Assembly: GCA_964568395.1 (NCBI GenBank)
Contig: CAZMPN010000003.1
Span: 34,482-98,481, forward strand
Length of the DNA: 64,000 bases
Origin: an uncultured Helicobacter sp.
GTDB lineage: Bacteria; Campylobacterota; Campylobacteria; Campylobacterales; UBA6016
Direction: 5' to 3'
Below are positions 1-9,571 of this stretch, one piece after another. The stretch's first letter is position 1. The number at the start of each line of letters is the position of its first letter. Below the pieces are notes generated by a model. That model ran no database searches. It had not been told where the DNA came from and was given only the letters and a program-made list of their open reading frames with translations. The position numbers and the translations under genes were made by a program.

Positions 1-1
1 T

Positions 2-1066
2 GACTTTATAGCCAACAAAACGACGATAACTGACATTAGCGTAAGCCTAATAACCCTCTTTTACGGCTCCAACGTCAGCTTTTTGCAACGCAAAATAGCA
101 AGGATAGCGCCCGGCGAAAACAAAGTAATCTCGACGTGCGGCGAAGAGCTGTCATATGACTATCTCATCATCGCCAACGGCTCAAGGACGTTTTTCCCCT
201 CCTGCGTAGATGGGCTATCGGAACATGCACACGGCGTCAAAAGCATAAAAAGGGCTTTCGAGTTTAAATTGAAATTTGAAGAGGCCATATATAAAAAAGT
301 GGAATCCGAAGGCGTTTGTAGCTTAAACCCCGATTTCAATATCGTCATAGGCGGCGGAGGGCTGTCTGGCGTGGAGATAGCCGCGGCAATGGCGGAGTAC
401 TCACAAAGATTTTTCGCAACTGGCGGATATGTTTGCGGCGGCATCTCCGTACACCTCATCGAAGGCTCGGCCGACGTACTAAACGGTCTAGACCGCTATC
501 TTGTTGAAAAAAGCAGAAAGAGACTCGAAAAGCTAGGCGTCAACATAGTTACCGGAAACAGGATACTAAAAGTCGAAGAACATAGCGTACATCTGTCGAA
601 CAACATGACGATACCTATGAACTTTATGATATGGACCGGCGGTATCGAAGTCAGGAAAATAGAAGGCGACGGCTTTGAGTATAATCAAAGAGGGCAGCTG
701 AAGGTAGACGAGTGTTTAAGGGTAAAAGGTTTTGACAATATATTCGCCATAGGAGATTGCGCCGAAATAGCGAACATAAACGGAAAAGTGTTGGCGCCTA
801 CGGCTATGCTGGCTGAATTTTCGGCAGATATTGCAGCCTGCAATATCATAGCAAGCAAAAACGGAAAAGGTCTCAAAACCGTAGATTTTGAGCTGCCAGG
901 AGTGCTTGTCGCATTAGGCGGCTACTATACGGTCGGTCTCGTATACAGTATAAAGCTTTCCGGCTTTATAGGATTTTTGGTCAAACAGACAGTCAGCCAC
1001 ATATACAAATGGCCGCTAACCAGACAATGCAAAAAAGCTCTCGCAAAATCTTGCCACAAAGGATAA
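2..1066 (+). CDS. ndh: Type II NADH dehydrogenase-like FAD-dependent oxidoreductase, 5'-partial
   Basis: Frame is open from base 2 with no stop before the ORF-track start at 83, so the gene begins before the window. Second Rossmann motif IVIGGGGLSGVEIA, WTGG, and FAIGDCA FAD motif. Confidence 0.8.
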   Translation, partial: DFIANKTTITDISVSLITLFYGSNVSFLQRKIARIAPGENKVISTCGEELSYDYLIIANGSRTFFPSCVDGLSEHAHGVKSIKRAFEFKLKFEEAIYKKVESEGVCSLNPDFNIVIGGGGLSGVEIAAAMAEYSQRFFATGGYVCGGISVHLIEGSADVLNGLDRYLVEKSRKRLEKLGVNIVTGNRILKVEEHSVHLSNNMTIPMNFMIWTGGIEVRKIEGDGFEYNQRGQLKVDECLRVKGFDNIFAIGDCAEIANINGKVLAPTAMLAEFSADIAACNIIASKNGKGLKTVDFELPGVLVALGGYYTVGLVYSIKLSGFIGFLVKQTVSHIYKWPLTRQCKKALAKSCHKG

Positions 1067-1069
1067 ACC

Positions 1070-3004
1070 GTGACAGAGTCCAAAATATATGAGATGCTCG
1101 GAAGCTATAAAATAAAGACGCCCAAATTCGCCTCTTTTAAGATAAACGAGACGATTAGCGTAGATTTCTTCCCGGTCGTAATCAAAATAGAATCCGAAAA
1201 GGTCGTACACAAAAGCGACTTTGGGGCGGTAAAACTAAACATCTCGTCAAACGAGGAACTAAACGCGGCGAAGCAAGAGATAATCTCCAATATAGCGGCC
1301 AAAGGCGTAACGCTTGACGAAACGGATAGCTTTATAGTCGTAGAGATGCTTAGCGGGCAAGAGCTTTACGCCGGGCTAGTCGACGACGAGATATTCGGCA
1401 AGACGATAGTATTCGGCAAAGGCGGCGTATTCCTTGAGATGTATAAAGACGTTTGCTACATAGATATATACGCCGGCGACGAAGAGATAAAAAGAGCCAT
1501 TAGACTTACGAAAATATCGAAGATTTTTGAAGGCTTCAGGGGTTTTGATTTTGATATAGAGATGGCGGTGGAGTTTATAAAATCGGTGCAAAACTTCGCC
1601 AAAGCAAATCCGGACATAGTAGAACTGGACTTCAATCCCGTGCTAGCCACAAAAGAGGGACTCAAGATAGTGGACGCCCGTATAAAAAGAGGGGAGCCGA
1701 AGCCGGAAAAACTGGGTACGCTTAGAAAAAACAGGCCAAACTTCTTTAGAAACGAAAGGGTGGCCCTAATAGGCGCCTCATCAGATCCGACAAAAGTAGG
1801 ATACGCTATAGCCAAAAACTCTCTTGTCTATAAAGGCGATATGTTCTTCGTAAACGCAAAAGGCGGCGAACTGTTCGGCAAAGAGCTCTACACGAGCGTC
1901 GCCGAGATAGACGGGGATATAGACACGGCCGTTATTACGATACCTTCAAAATTCGTCGTCGAGACGACAAAAGAGCTAGTCAAGAAAAACGTCAAAAACC
2001 TGATCATCATATCCGCCGGCTTTAAAGAGGTCGGAGACTACGACTCCGAGCGCATCATCGCCGAACTGGCGCGAGAGCACAACTTTAACGTCATAGGTCC
2101 AAACTGCCTAGGATACCTGCATGGCCAAAAAGAGCTAAATTTGACGTTTGGCATAGGTGGCCTCAGAAGCGGCGAGCTTGCGCTGCTGTCTCAATCGGGA
2201 GCCGTGCTTTCGGCGCTTATGGATAAGGCGTACGACGCAAGCGTAGGCTTTTCGCATCTTGTCTCTTGCGGCAACATGGTCGACCTGGACTTCGCGGAGA
2301 TGATAGATATGCTTAACGTTGAGGAAGGCTGCAAATACATCTCGATATATGCCGAAGGCATCCAAAACGGCAAGGAGTTTTTGAGGGCGATAAGAGAGAG
2401 CAAGAAAAAAGTCTATATATTCAAGACGGGAAAATCGGCCGAGAGCAAAAAAGCGGCGTTCTCACACACCGGAAATCTTAGCGGCAACTATGAGATGTTC
2501 AAGGGCCTCATAGAGTCCGTAGGAGCCAAGATAGAGGACAATATAGAGGCTCTGCTTTTCAACCCCCTAAACGAAGTGAACAACATCCTGATAGTGACAA
2601 ACGCGGGCGGCCCCGCTACGATTTTGACCGACTACATAATAGACCATGGCAGAAAGCTTTATCAACTCTCAAAAGAGGAGATTTCGGCCCTTGACGCCGT
2701 ACTGCCTTCGAACTGGTCAAAAAACAACCCGGTAGATATCATAGGGGACGCTATGGCCGATAGATACGAGGCCACCCTCAATATAGTCACCAAGTTTGAA
2801 AACGTAGACCTTATCTATCTGCTTGTAACCCCGCAATATATGACCGATGCGCTCAATATAGCCAAGCTTTGCGAAAGAGAGTGGGGCAAGAAGATATATC
2901 CGATACTCCTCGGCGGCCACGAAATGGACGAGGCGAAAAGCTATCTTAGGGCAAAACAAAAGCTGTTTTTCAAGACTTTGCAGTCGGCAACATCGTTTTT
3001 ATAA
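1070..3004 (+). CDS. Acetate--CoA ligase (ADP-forming) family, ATP-grasp domain N-terminal to the CoA-binding domain
   Basis: N-terminal VVIKIES..VHKSDFGAV and DFNPV..DARI (ATP-grasp); then VALIGAS, IIISAGFKE, GPNCLG, SQSGA and catalytic SHTG. Confidence 0.85.
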   Translation: MTESKIYEMLGSYKIKTPKFASFKINETISVDFFPVVIKIESEKVVHKSDFGAVKLNISSNEELNAAKQEIISNIAAKGVTLDETDSFIVVEMLSGQELYAGLVDDEIFGKTIVFGKGGVFLEMYKDVCYIDIYAGDEEIKRAIRLTKISKIFEGFRGFDFDIEMAVEFIKSVQNFAKANPDIVELDFNPVLATKEGLKIVDARIKRGEPKPEKLGTLRKNRPNFFRNERVALIGASSDPTKVGYAIAKNSLVYKGDMFFVNAKGGELFGKELYTSVAEIDGDIDTAVITIPSKFVVETTKELVKKNVKNLIIISAGFKEVGDYDSERIIAELAREHNFNVIGPNCLGYLHGQKELNLTFGIGGLRSGELALLSQSGAVLSALMDKAYDASVGFSHLVSCGNMVDLDFAEMIDMLNVEEGCKYISIYAEGIQNGKEFLRAIRESKKKVYIFKTGKSAESKKAAFSHTGNLSGNYEMFKGLIESVGAKIEDNIEALLFNPLNEVNNILIVTNAGGPATILTDYIIDHGRKLYQLSKEEISALDAVLPSNWSKNNPVDIIGDAMADRYEATLNIVTKFENVDLIYLLVTPQYMTDALNIAKLCEREWGKKIYPILLGGHEMDEAKSYLRAKQKLFFKTLQSATSFL

Positions 3005-3019
3005 AAAGGGAAGGCCGCT

Positions 3020-4810
3020 ATGCCGGGGACAGAAAACACAAAAAAGCTGCTAGCGGAAGTTGTCGAGCTCAGGAACTTCGTAGCAAAAACGGGGAGCGCA
3101 GTAGAAGGGTGTAAAAATCCAAAAAGCCTTATAAACATGAGGCACTATCTAAGGCTTAGACAAAAAGACAACACCGAACTCCAAGATAGGTTGACGAGAG
3201 TCGGCCTATCGTCCCTGGGCAGATCGCAGCCGCATATACTCCACTCCCTCGATTTGATAGTAGAGATGCTCTCCAGATGCCAAAACATTGAGTTCCAAAA
3301 TAGCGAAAACGCACTATCGATAGACGAGGCCGAAGAGATCATGGCCAAGAGGGCGACGATATTCGGCGGGGAGCCGAGACCAAAAAAAAGAGCCGAGACG
3401 AAAATCATGCTCACTCTGCCATCGGAGGCGGCAAAAGAGCCGTCGATGATAGAAGAGTTCGCAAACGCCGGAGTCGGGATATTCAGAATAAATACAGCGC
3501 ACGACGGCCCCGAGGAGTGGGGAGCGATGGCTTCAAAAATAGCCGAGCTAAACCAAAATCTGCATCCGCAAAACAAACTAAAAATCTACGTCGATCTGGC
3601 CGGCCCCAAGATAAGAACTGGAAACATCAGAAAAGTAAAGACGAAAATAAAACTTGAGGCCGGAACAAATCTATACATCACCAAAAAAACCGACAAAGAG
3701 ATATTTGAAAACGCTTACAGCATCGAGGTCGAACCAGAATTTTACAAAAAGGCGAAAAAAGAGGATGAGATACACCTGTCCACGCCCGGAGAAAAAGAGA
3801 GAAGGCTAAAAGTTCTGTCCAGAGGAAAGGACTACATAATCTGCGAGCTAAATAAAAAAATTACGCTTACGGAGAACAGTAGGCTTAGCATAAAGAGGAA
3901 AAAAGCCTTTTACGAAACGGGGATATTAAATATACCGGAAATCACGGAGGAGATAAGGCTCTTCGAGGGCGACACTCTATTTTTATCGATAGACGAGATC
4001 GTCGGATACGCCAAAAATAAAGATAAAAACGACGAAATCGGCGAATCTGCCGCGATCTTTTGCACGCAAAAAGAGTTTACGAAGGATGCGAAGGTCGGCG
4101 ACAAGGTATTCATAGACGACGGCAAAATAGGGCTTAGCGTAATACAAAAACAAAACGGCGGCCTATTGTGCAGGGTAATCCAAACCAAAGCGAAAGGCGA
4201 GACGCTAAAAGAAGAGAAGGGGATAAACTTTCCAGACAGCAGAACATTGGTCGACGCCATAACCGACGAAGACAGGAAGAATCTTGAATACGTACTGGAA
4301 TACGCGGATATACTAGGGGTTTCCTTCGCCCAAAGCGACAAGGACATCATCATGCTAAAGGATATACTGCGGGCAAACAACAAAGAACATATAGCGATAG
4401 TCGCGAAAATAGAGACCAAAATGGCCGTAAAAAATCTGCCTTCGATACTAGAAGCGCTTATGTATCACGAATTTGGCGGAATCATGATAGCCAGAGGGGA
4501 TTTGGCGATAGAGGTTGAGTTTGAGAATATGTCGTATCTGCAAGAGGAGATACTAGACCTTTGCGAGGCGGCGCATACTCCGGTGATATTCGCGACGCAA
4601 GTACTCGAAAACCAGATGAAAAACAACCTGCCTAGCCGTGCGGAAATCACCGACGCCGCTTTCGCCCAAAGAGCCGACTGCGTCATGCTCAACAAGGGAC
4701 CGTTTGCGATAAATACTATCAAAAAACTAGAGTTTATACTAACCAGAATGCACACCATCTTCAAAAAAAACAGACTTCTTCTCGGCCCCTGCGATATATG
4801 GAATAGATGA
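3020..4810 (+). CDS. pyk: Pyruvate kinase, long atypical form
   Basis: RINTAH, DLAGPKIRTG, KGINFP, AKIET, ARGDLAIE, ATQVLE and PSRAEITD match pyruvate kinase A/B-domain motifs. Confidence 0.88.
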   Translation: MPGTENTKKLLAEVVELRNFVAKTGSAVEGCKNPKSLINMRHYLRLRQKDNTELQDRLTRVGLSSLGRSQPHILHSLDLIVEMLSRCQNIEFQNSENALSIDEAEEIMAKRATIFGGEPRPKKRAETKIMLTLPSEAAKEPSMIEEFANAGVGIFRINTAHDGPEEWGAMASKIAELNQNLHPQNKLKIYVDLAGPKIRTGNIRKVKTKIKLEAGTNLYITKKTDKEIFENAYSIEVEPEFYKKAKKEDEIHLSTPGEKERRLKVLSRGKDYIICELNKKITLTENSRLSIKRKKAFYETGILNIPEITEEIRLFEGDTLFLSIDEIVGYAKNKDKNDEIGESAAIFCTQKEFTKDAKVGDKVFIDDGKIGLSVIQKQNGGLLCRVIQTKAKGETLKEEKGINFPDSRTLVDAITDEDRKNLEYVLEYADILGVSFAQSDKDIIMLKDILRANNKEHIAIVAKIETKMAVKNLPSILEALMYHEFGGIMIARGDLAIEVEFENMSYLQEEILDLCEAAHTPVIFATQVLENQMKNNLPSRAEITDAAFAQRADCVMLNKGPFAINTIKKLEFILTRMHTIFKKNRLLLGPCDIWNR

Positions 4811-4860
4811 CGGTAATAAAAACGTCATAAAAAATATTAAAAATAGCATTTTTTTAATCT

Positions 4861-4878
4861 ACTCTTTAGTTAAAGAGT
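4861..4878. promoter_or_regulatory. Perfect 8-2-8 palindrome upstream of the glucan cluster, candidate operator
   Basis: ACTCTTTA-GT-TAAAGAGT read directly, ending 38 nt before the ATG at 4917 (SD AGGAG present). Confidence 0.35.
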
Positions 4879-4916
4879 GCAAACATAGATAAAACAACAT
4901 AACCACAGGAGATGCG

Positions 4917-7415
4917 ATGAAAGCTGTAGTAATGGCCGGCGGCTTTGGAACAAGAATACAACCACTGACACACTCGGTGCCGAAGCCGATGCTACCGATA
5001 CTAAACCGCCCTATGATGCAGCACATTATCGAAAAACTGAGAGACGCCGGCATTAAAGACATCGTGATACTCCTATATTTCAAACCGGAAATCATAAAGA
5101 ACCATTTCGGGGACGGCAGCGATTTTGGCGTCAACATAGAGTACGTTCTGCCGGATGACGACTACGGAACCGCCGGAGCCGTAAAGTGTGCCGAGAAGTT
5201 TTTGAACGAAGAGTTTATAGTAGTCAGCGGCGACCTTGTCACCGACTTTGATCTCGGCGAGATAATCGCGTTTCACAAGAAAAAAGAGTCGCTCTTGACA
5301 ATCACGCTGACTCCCGTAGCCGACCCGTTGCAGTTTGGCGTCGTAATATCCTCTCCCGAGGGCAGGATACAGCGCTTTTTGGAAAAACCGAGCTGGGGAG
5401 AGGTGTTTTCGGACACCATAAATACCGGGATTTATATATTGGAGCCGGGCATACTTGATTTTATACCCGAGGGCGCCAATTTCGACTTTGCGAAAGATCT
5501 TTTTCCGGCGCTTATGAAAAATAACATTACGCTTTGGGCGTGCTCCGTAAAGGGATACTGGAGGGATGTCGGAAATCCGGAAAGCTACAGGGAAGTACAA
5601 AAAGACCTGCTAAACGGCAAAGTATCGCTAGAGATAAGAGGCGACAAAAAAGAGTTTGAAGGCGGCGTGGCATATCTGGAAGAGGGCGCCAGAATATCCG
5701 ACAATGCGCTAGTTGAAGGCATAGTCGTACTCGGCAAGAACAGCGTAGTAAGCGACGGCGCGAAACTAAAAAACACCGTGCTCGGATGCAAAAGCACGGT
5801 CGGGAAAAATACGATACTGGAAGACGTAACGGTCTGGGATAACGTAACCATAGGAGATAAGTCCTCCATCCACAATAGCGTCATCTGCTCCAAAAACAGG
5901 CTCGGCAAAAAAGTAAAGGTCACAAAAGGGTTAATATTGGCCGAAGGGTGCGAAATAGGGGATCTCTGCTCTTTTGAAAACGACGTCATGGTATGGCCGG
6001 ACAAGATAGTCGAGGACGCCAGCATCATCAGCACGAACATAGTCTGGGGGAATAAATACAAAAACTCGATCTTCGAAGGCGGCGTGGTAAGCGGCAGGAC
6101 AAACGTGGAGCTATCGTGCGAGATGGCCATAAAACTAGCCGAAGCGTTCGGCTCGATGCTTCCGGTCGGCAGCAAGGTGTACCTCTCGAGAGACTATCAC
6201 AAATCATCAAGGATGCTCAAAAGGGCGTTTTTCTCAGGCCTTCTCTCTTCCGGTATCAACGTGGTGGATATCCATATAGCCCCTTCGAACGTCGCCAGAT
6301 TTAGCATCAAAGAGAGTTCCGATATCGTCGCCGGAGTACACTTCAGGCAGTCCGTCACGAACCAGCAAAATACCGAAATCCTATTCTTTACGAACGAAGG
6401 TCTCTATATAGATACCAATACTGAAAAAAATTGCGAGAGAATATTCTTCAGAGAGAGTTTTAGACGCGTAAACTTCGACGAGATAGGCCAAATATCAGAA
6501 AAGGTGCATCTGAAGGAAAAATACAAGAAATCAGTCATTAAGACGCTAAATACGGACGCCATAAACGCAAAAAAACCGAAAATAGCGGTAGACCTTATGT
6601 TCGGTTCGACGGCGGACATATACCCAGAGATTCTGACGGCGCTGAACGTAGACAACATCGTGCTTAACGCCTATGCAGACGATAGAAAACTAAACAAACT
6701 TCCGGCGATAATAGAAAAATCAAAAGAGGATTTATCGAAGATAGTCAAGCATTTGGATATGGATATGGCATATCTTCTCTATCCAAACGGGCAGAAGATA
6801 GAGATAATATGCAAAAGCGGGATTGTTTTGTGTCCGCACATCCAGCTTCTGACCGTTCTGAAGCTTTTGGATATGACCTCGAAACAGCAAAAGTCGAAAG
6901 TATATCTGCCGGTAAGCACGCCTGATTTTATGGACGGCGAATTTGAAAACCTTATAATCGAAAGAGGAAAGTTTAACGGCGTAAAAGCGAGCAAGCTAAA
7001 AGAGTACGATCTGATAGCGAACCTGAACGGCAATTTTGCGTTTTGCGAATTCGCGTACAGCTATGACGCCATTTTTGCCAGCATCAAGATACTAGAGATG
7101 GCCTCATCCGCCGAAATGACGCTGGAAGATATAAAAAGCTCGGTCGGAAACTTCTATTTCCACTACGAAAAAGTGCCTTGCACCTCGAACCTAAAAGGCA
7201 AAATGATGAGAAAATTCATGGAGGCTTCGGTCGGCAAAGAGGCGTCTTTCATCGACGGCGTCAAAATATCCATACGAAAAAACGATTGGATTTTGATGCT
7301 CCCGGATCAGCACGCCGACTGTCTAAATATATATGTGCAAGCGGCCGAGCAAAGTGACGGAGAGGCCATATTCACAGAGTTCGCCACAAAAATAGCAGAG
7401 TGGTCCAAAGAGTAA
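4917..7415 (+). CDS. Sugar-phosphate nucleotidyltransferase (mannose-1-P guanylyltransferase-like) fused to hexapeptide repeats and a degenerate phosphohexomutase domain
   Basis: MAGGFGTRIQPLT, KPMLP, FLEKP, YWRDVG; left-handed beta-helix repeats; C-terminal PGM/PMM-like region ending IDGVKI..WILMLP. Confidence 0.85.
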   Translation: MKAVVMAGGFGTRIQPLTHSVPKPMLPILNRPMMQHIIEKLRDAGIKDIVILLYFKPEIIKNHFGDGSDFGVNIEYVLPDDDYGTAGAVKCAEKFLNEEFIVVSGDLVTDFDLGEIIAFHKKKESLLTITLTPVADPLQFGVVISSPEGRIQRFLEKPSWGEVFSDTINTGIYILEPGILDFIPEGANFDFAKDLFPALMKNNITLWACSVKGYWRDVGNPESYREVQKDLLNGKVSLEIRGDKKEFEGGVAYLEEGARISDNALVEGIVVLGKNSVVSDGAKLKNTVLGCKSTVGKNTILEDVTVWDNVTIGDKSSIHNSVICSKNRLGKKVKVTKGLILAEGCEIGDLCSFENDVMVWPDKIVEDASIISTNIVWGNKYKNSIFEGGVVSGRTNVELSCEMAIKLAEAFGSMLPVGSKVYLSRDYHKSSRMLKRAFFSGLLSSGINVVDIHIAPSNVARFSIKESSDIVAGVHFRQSVTNQQNTEILFFTNEGLYIDTNTEKNCERIFFRESFRRVNFDEIGQISEKVHLKEKYKKSVIKTLNTDAINAKKPKIAVDLMFGSTADIYPEILTALNVDNIVLNAYADDRKLNKLPAIIEKSKEDLSKIVKHLDMDMAYLLYPNGQKIEIICKSGIVLCPHIQLLTVLKLLDMTSKQQKSKVYLPVSTPDFMDGEFENLIIERGKFNGVKASKLKEYDLIANLNGNFAFCEFAYSYDAIFASIKILEMASSAEMTLEDIKSSVGNFYFHYEKVPCTSNLKGKMMRKFMEASVGKEASFIDGVKISIRKNDWILMLPDQHADCLNIYVQAAEQSDGEAIFTEFATKIAEWSKE

Positions 7416-9559
7416 TGAAGACGCAACGACATTCGCAAGCCGAAAAAAAGCTGCATCTGGCTTTTTTATGGCATATGCATCAGCCTTACTATAAGGACGA
7501 TACGCAAAACGAATACAAAATGCCGTGGGTCTTCCTGCACGCCATCAAAGATTACTACGAACTTCCAAACTACCTGGCAAAATTCGACGGCATCAAAGCC
7601 ACCTTCAATCTCGTGCCGTCTCTTTTGGAGCAGCTAGAGGAGTACGAGAACGGGTTTGTAAACGATACTTTTCTGTCGATGGTCAAAAAAGAGATATCGA
7701 TACTGACGGCCGAAGAAAAAGAGTATCTTTGCGACGCGCTATTTTTTTCAAACCTAAAAACGATGATACACCCGTTCCCAAGATATGTCGAGCTGTACGC
7801 CAAGAAAAATTCATTCAAAGAAAAAAAAGAGTTTGCGGCGTCGCTTGACAAGTCAGAACTTCTCGATCTAGAGGTGCTGTTTTTGCTATCTTGGTGCTCA
7901 AACGCCCTAAGAGAAGAGTCAAAAACCGTATCGTCCCTTATAAACAAAAGCAGAGGATATGACGCATACGATAAGGATATGCTACTAAAAGAGCTTTTCT
8001 CGTTCGTAGGCAAAATAATCCCGTTTTACGCATCCTTGCAAAAACAAGGAAAAATAGAGATAGCCACCACTCCTTTTTATCATCCTATACTGCCGCTGCT
8101 GCTTGACAAAAATGCGGCGAAAGAGGCCGACAGAAACGCCGTAACGCCGAAGATATTCGCCGATTTTAAAAGCGACGCCGTCAAACACGTAGAGTCGGCT
8201 ATTACTAAGTTCGAGGGTATATTCGGTAAAAAACCGACTACTTTCTGGCCGGCGGAAGGTTCCATAAGCAACGAGGCCTTATCGCTTCTCGCGCAGCATG
8301 GCGTCATGCACGTCGGCGCGGACGAGGATGTGTTGTTTAAGAGCCTGGAGTCGAAATATAGATTCAATATATACAAAAAATATACGGTCGGAAAGGAGCG
8401 TAAAATAGGCGTTTTATTCAGAGATAAAGCGCTTAGCGACCTTATAGGGTTTGCGTACTCCGGCAAAAAGCCGCAGGAGGCCGCAGAGGATTTTATCTCC
8501 AGACTTAGCGAAATACACGACTCCATCAATTTCGAAGCCGTGGTGCCTATCATACTGGACGGCGAAAATGCCTGGGAGTACTACGACAACAACGCAAAAG
8601 AGTTTTTCGAACATCTATACACGATGATAGAGAAAACCGAGTGGTGCGACACGATGACGTTTAGCGAAGTCTTTTCCGAAAACGCCATAGAGGCCGCGTC
8701 AATAGAAAGCATAAGGCCTGGAAGCTGGATATACGGTACGTTCTCGACCTGGATGGGCCACGAAGAGAAAAACAGGGCGTGGGAGCTTCTAAGCGAGGCA
8801 AAAACGGCGTTTGAAGGCTCGAAAGGCGAGCTTAGCGACAAAGAGATAGAGGCCGCCACGAAGGAGCTGATGATAGCCGAAGGCTCGGACTGGTTTTGGT
8901 GGTACGGAGACGACCACTATACGCCGTTGGCGGCCGAATTTGACGAACTGTTCAGGAAGCATCTTCTTATCGTATACAAAATAATAGGCAAGGAGCCGCC
9001 GCCAAAACTATATGAAGCGATAAACAAAACAAAAACGACAAAAATAAGGCAAAAACCGAAAAATTATATTATGCCGGAGATTGACGGACAGATAACCGAT
9101 TTTTACGAGTGGCTCGGAGCCGGCAGTATGGACCTTAGCGCAGAGCTATCGACGATGGATTCGAGCGGCTTTCACTTTGAAAAACTACACTGGGGGTTTG
9201 ACGACGAAAACATCTATTTCGCGATTGCCGGAAAGTTTTTGGAGCTGATAGACAAAGGCTACGATCTGCACATAGAGCTGGTGGGGACAAAGGCGATTTC
9301 GCTTACGCTGCCGTTTTCATCGAAGCGCAGAGTGGTTGAATGTATAGAGGACGAAGAAGCGAAAGGCTTCATAGAATCGGCCGTCGGCGACGTGTTCGAA
9401 GTAAGCCTGCCAAAATCATGCCTTGAATGCGGCTGCGATATGCTTTTGCAGGCATCATTTGAAATACGCAAAAACTCCAAGACGGTAGAGAGGGTGCCGC
9501 ATTACGGTTCATTCGAGCTAGAGGTAAACGAAAAATTCCTAGAAGACTGGTATATATAA
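7415..9559 (+). CDS. GH57 glycoside hydrolase, amylopullulanase/alpha-amylase-like
   Basis: LWHMHQP, nucleophile FWPAEG, acid/base ILDGENAWE, AEGSDWFWW. The start is more likely the ATG at 7415 (TAATG overlap with the upstream stop) than 7400. Confidence 0.88.
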   Translation: MKTQRHSQAEKKLHLAFLWHMHQPYYKDDTQNEYKMPWVFLHAIKDYYELPNYLAKFDGIKATFNLVPSLLEQLEEYENGFVNDTFLSMVKKEISILTAEEKEYLCDALFFSNLKTMIHPFPRYVELYAKKNSFKEKKEFAASLDKSELLDLEVLFLLSWCSNALREESKTVSSLINKSRGYDAYDKDMLLKELFSFVGKIIPFYASLQKQGKIEIATTPFYHPILPLLLDKNAAKEADRNAVTPKIFADFKSDAVKHVESAITKFEGIFGKKPTTFWPAEGSISNEALSLLAQHGVMHVGADEDVLFKSLESKYRFNIYKKYTVGKERKIGVLFRDKALSDLIGFAYSGKKPQEAAEDFISRLSEIHDSINFEAVVPIILDGENAWEYYDNNAKEFFEHLYTMIEKTEWCDTMTFSEVFSENAIEAASIESIRPGSWIYGTFSTWMGHEEKNRAWELLSEAKTAFEGSKGELSDKEIEAATKELMIAEGSDWFWWYGDDHYTPLAAEFDELFRKHLLIVYKIIGKEPPPKLYEAINKTKTTKIRQKPKNYIMPEIDGQITDFYEWLGAGSMDLSAELSTMDSSGFHFEKLHWGFDDENIYFAIAGKFLELIDKGYDLHIELVGTKAISLTLPFSSKRRVVECIEDEEAKGFIESAVGDVFEVSLPKSCLECGCDMLLQASFEIRKNSKTVERVPHYGSFELEVNEKFLEDWYI

Positions 9560-9571
9560 AAGGCTGACACA

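Noticed and set aside
2-1066. Sulfide:quinone oxidoreductase assignment for the first ORF
   Set aside because: It retains the second GxGxxG NAD(P)H-binding motif and the WTGG motif typical of NDH-2; SQR catalytic Cys motifs are not evident.
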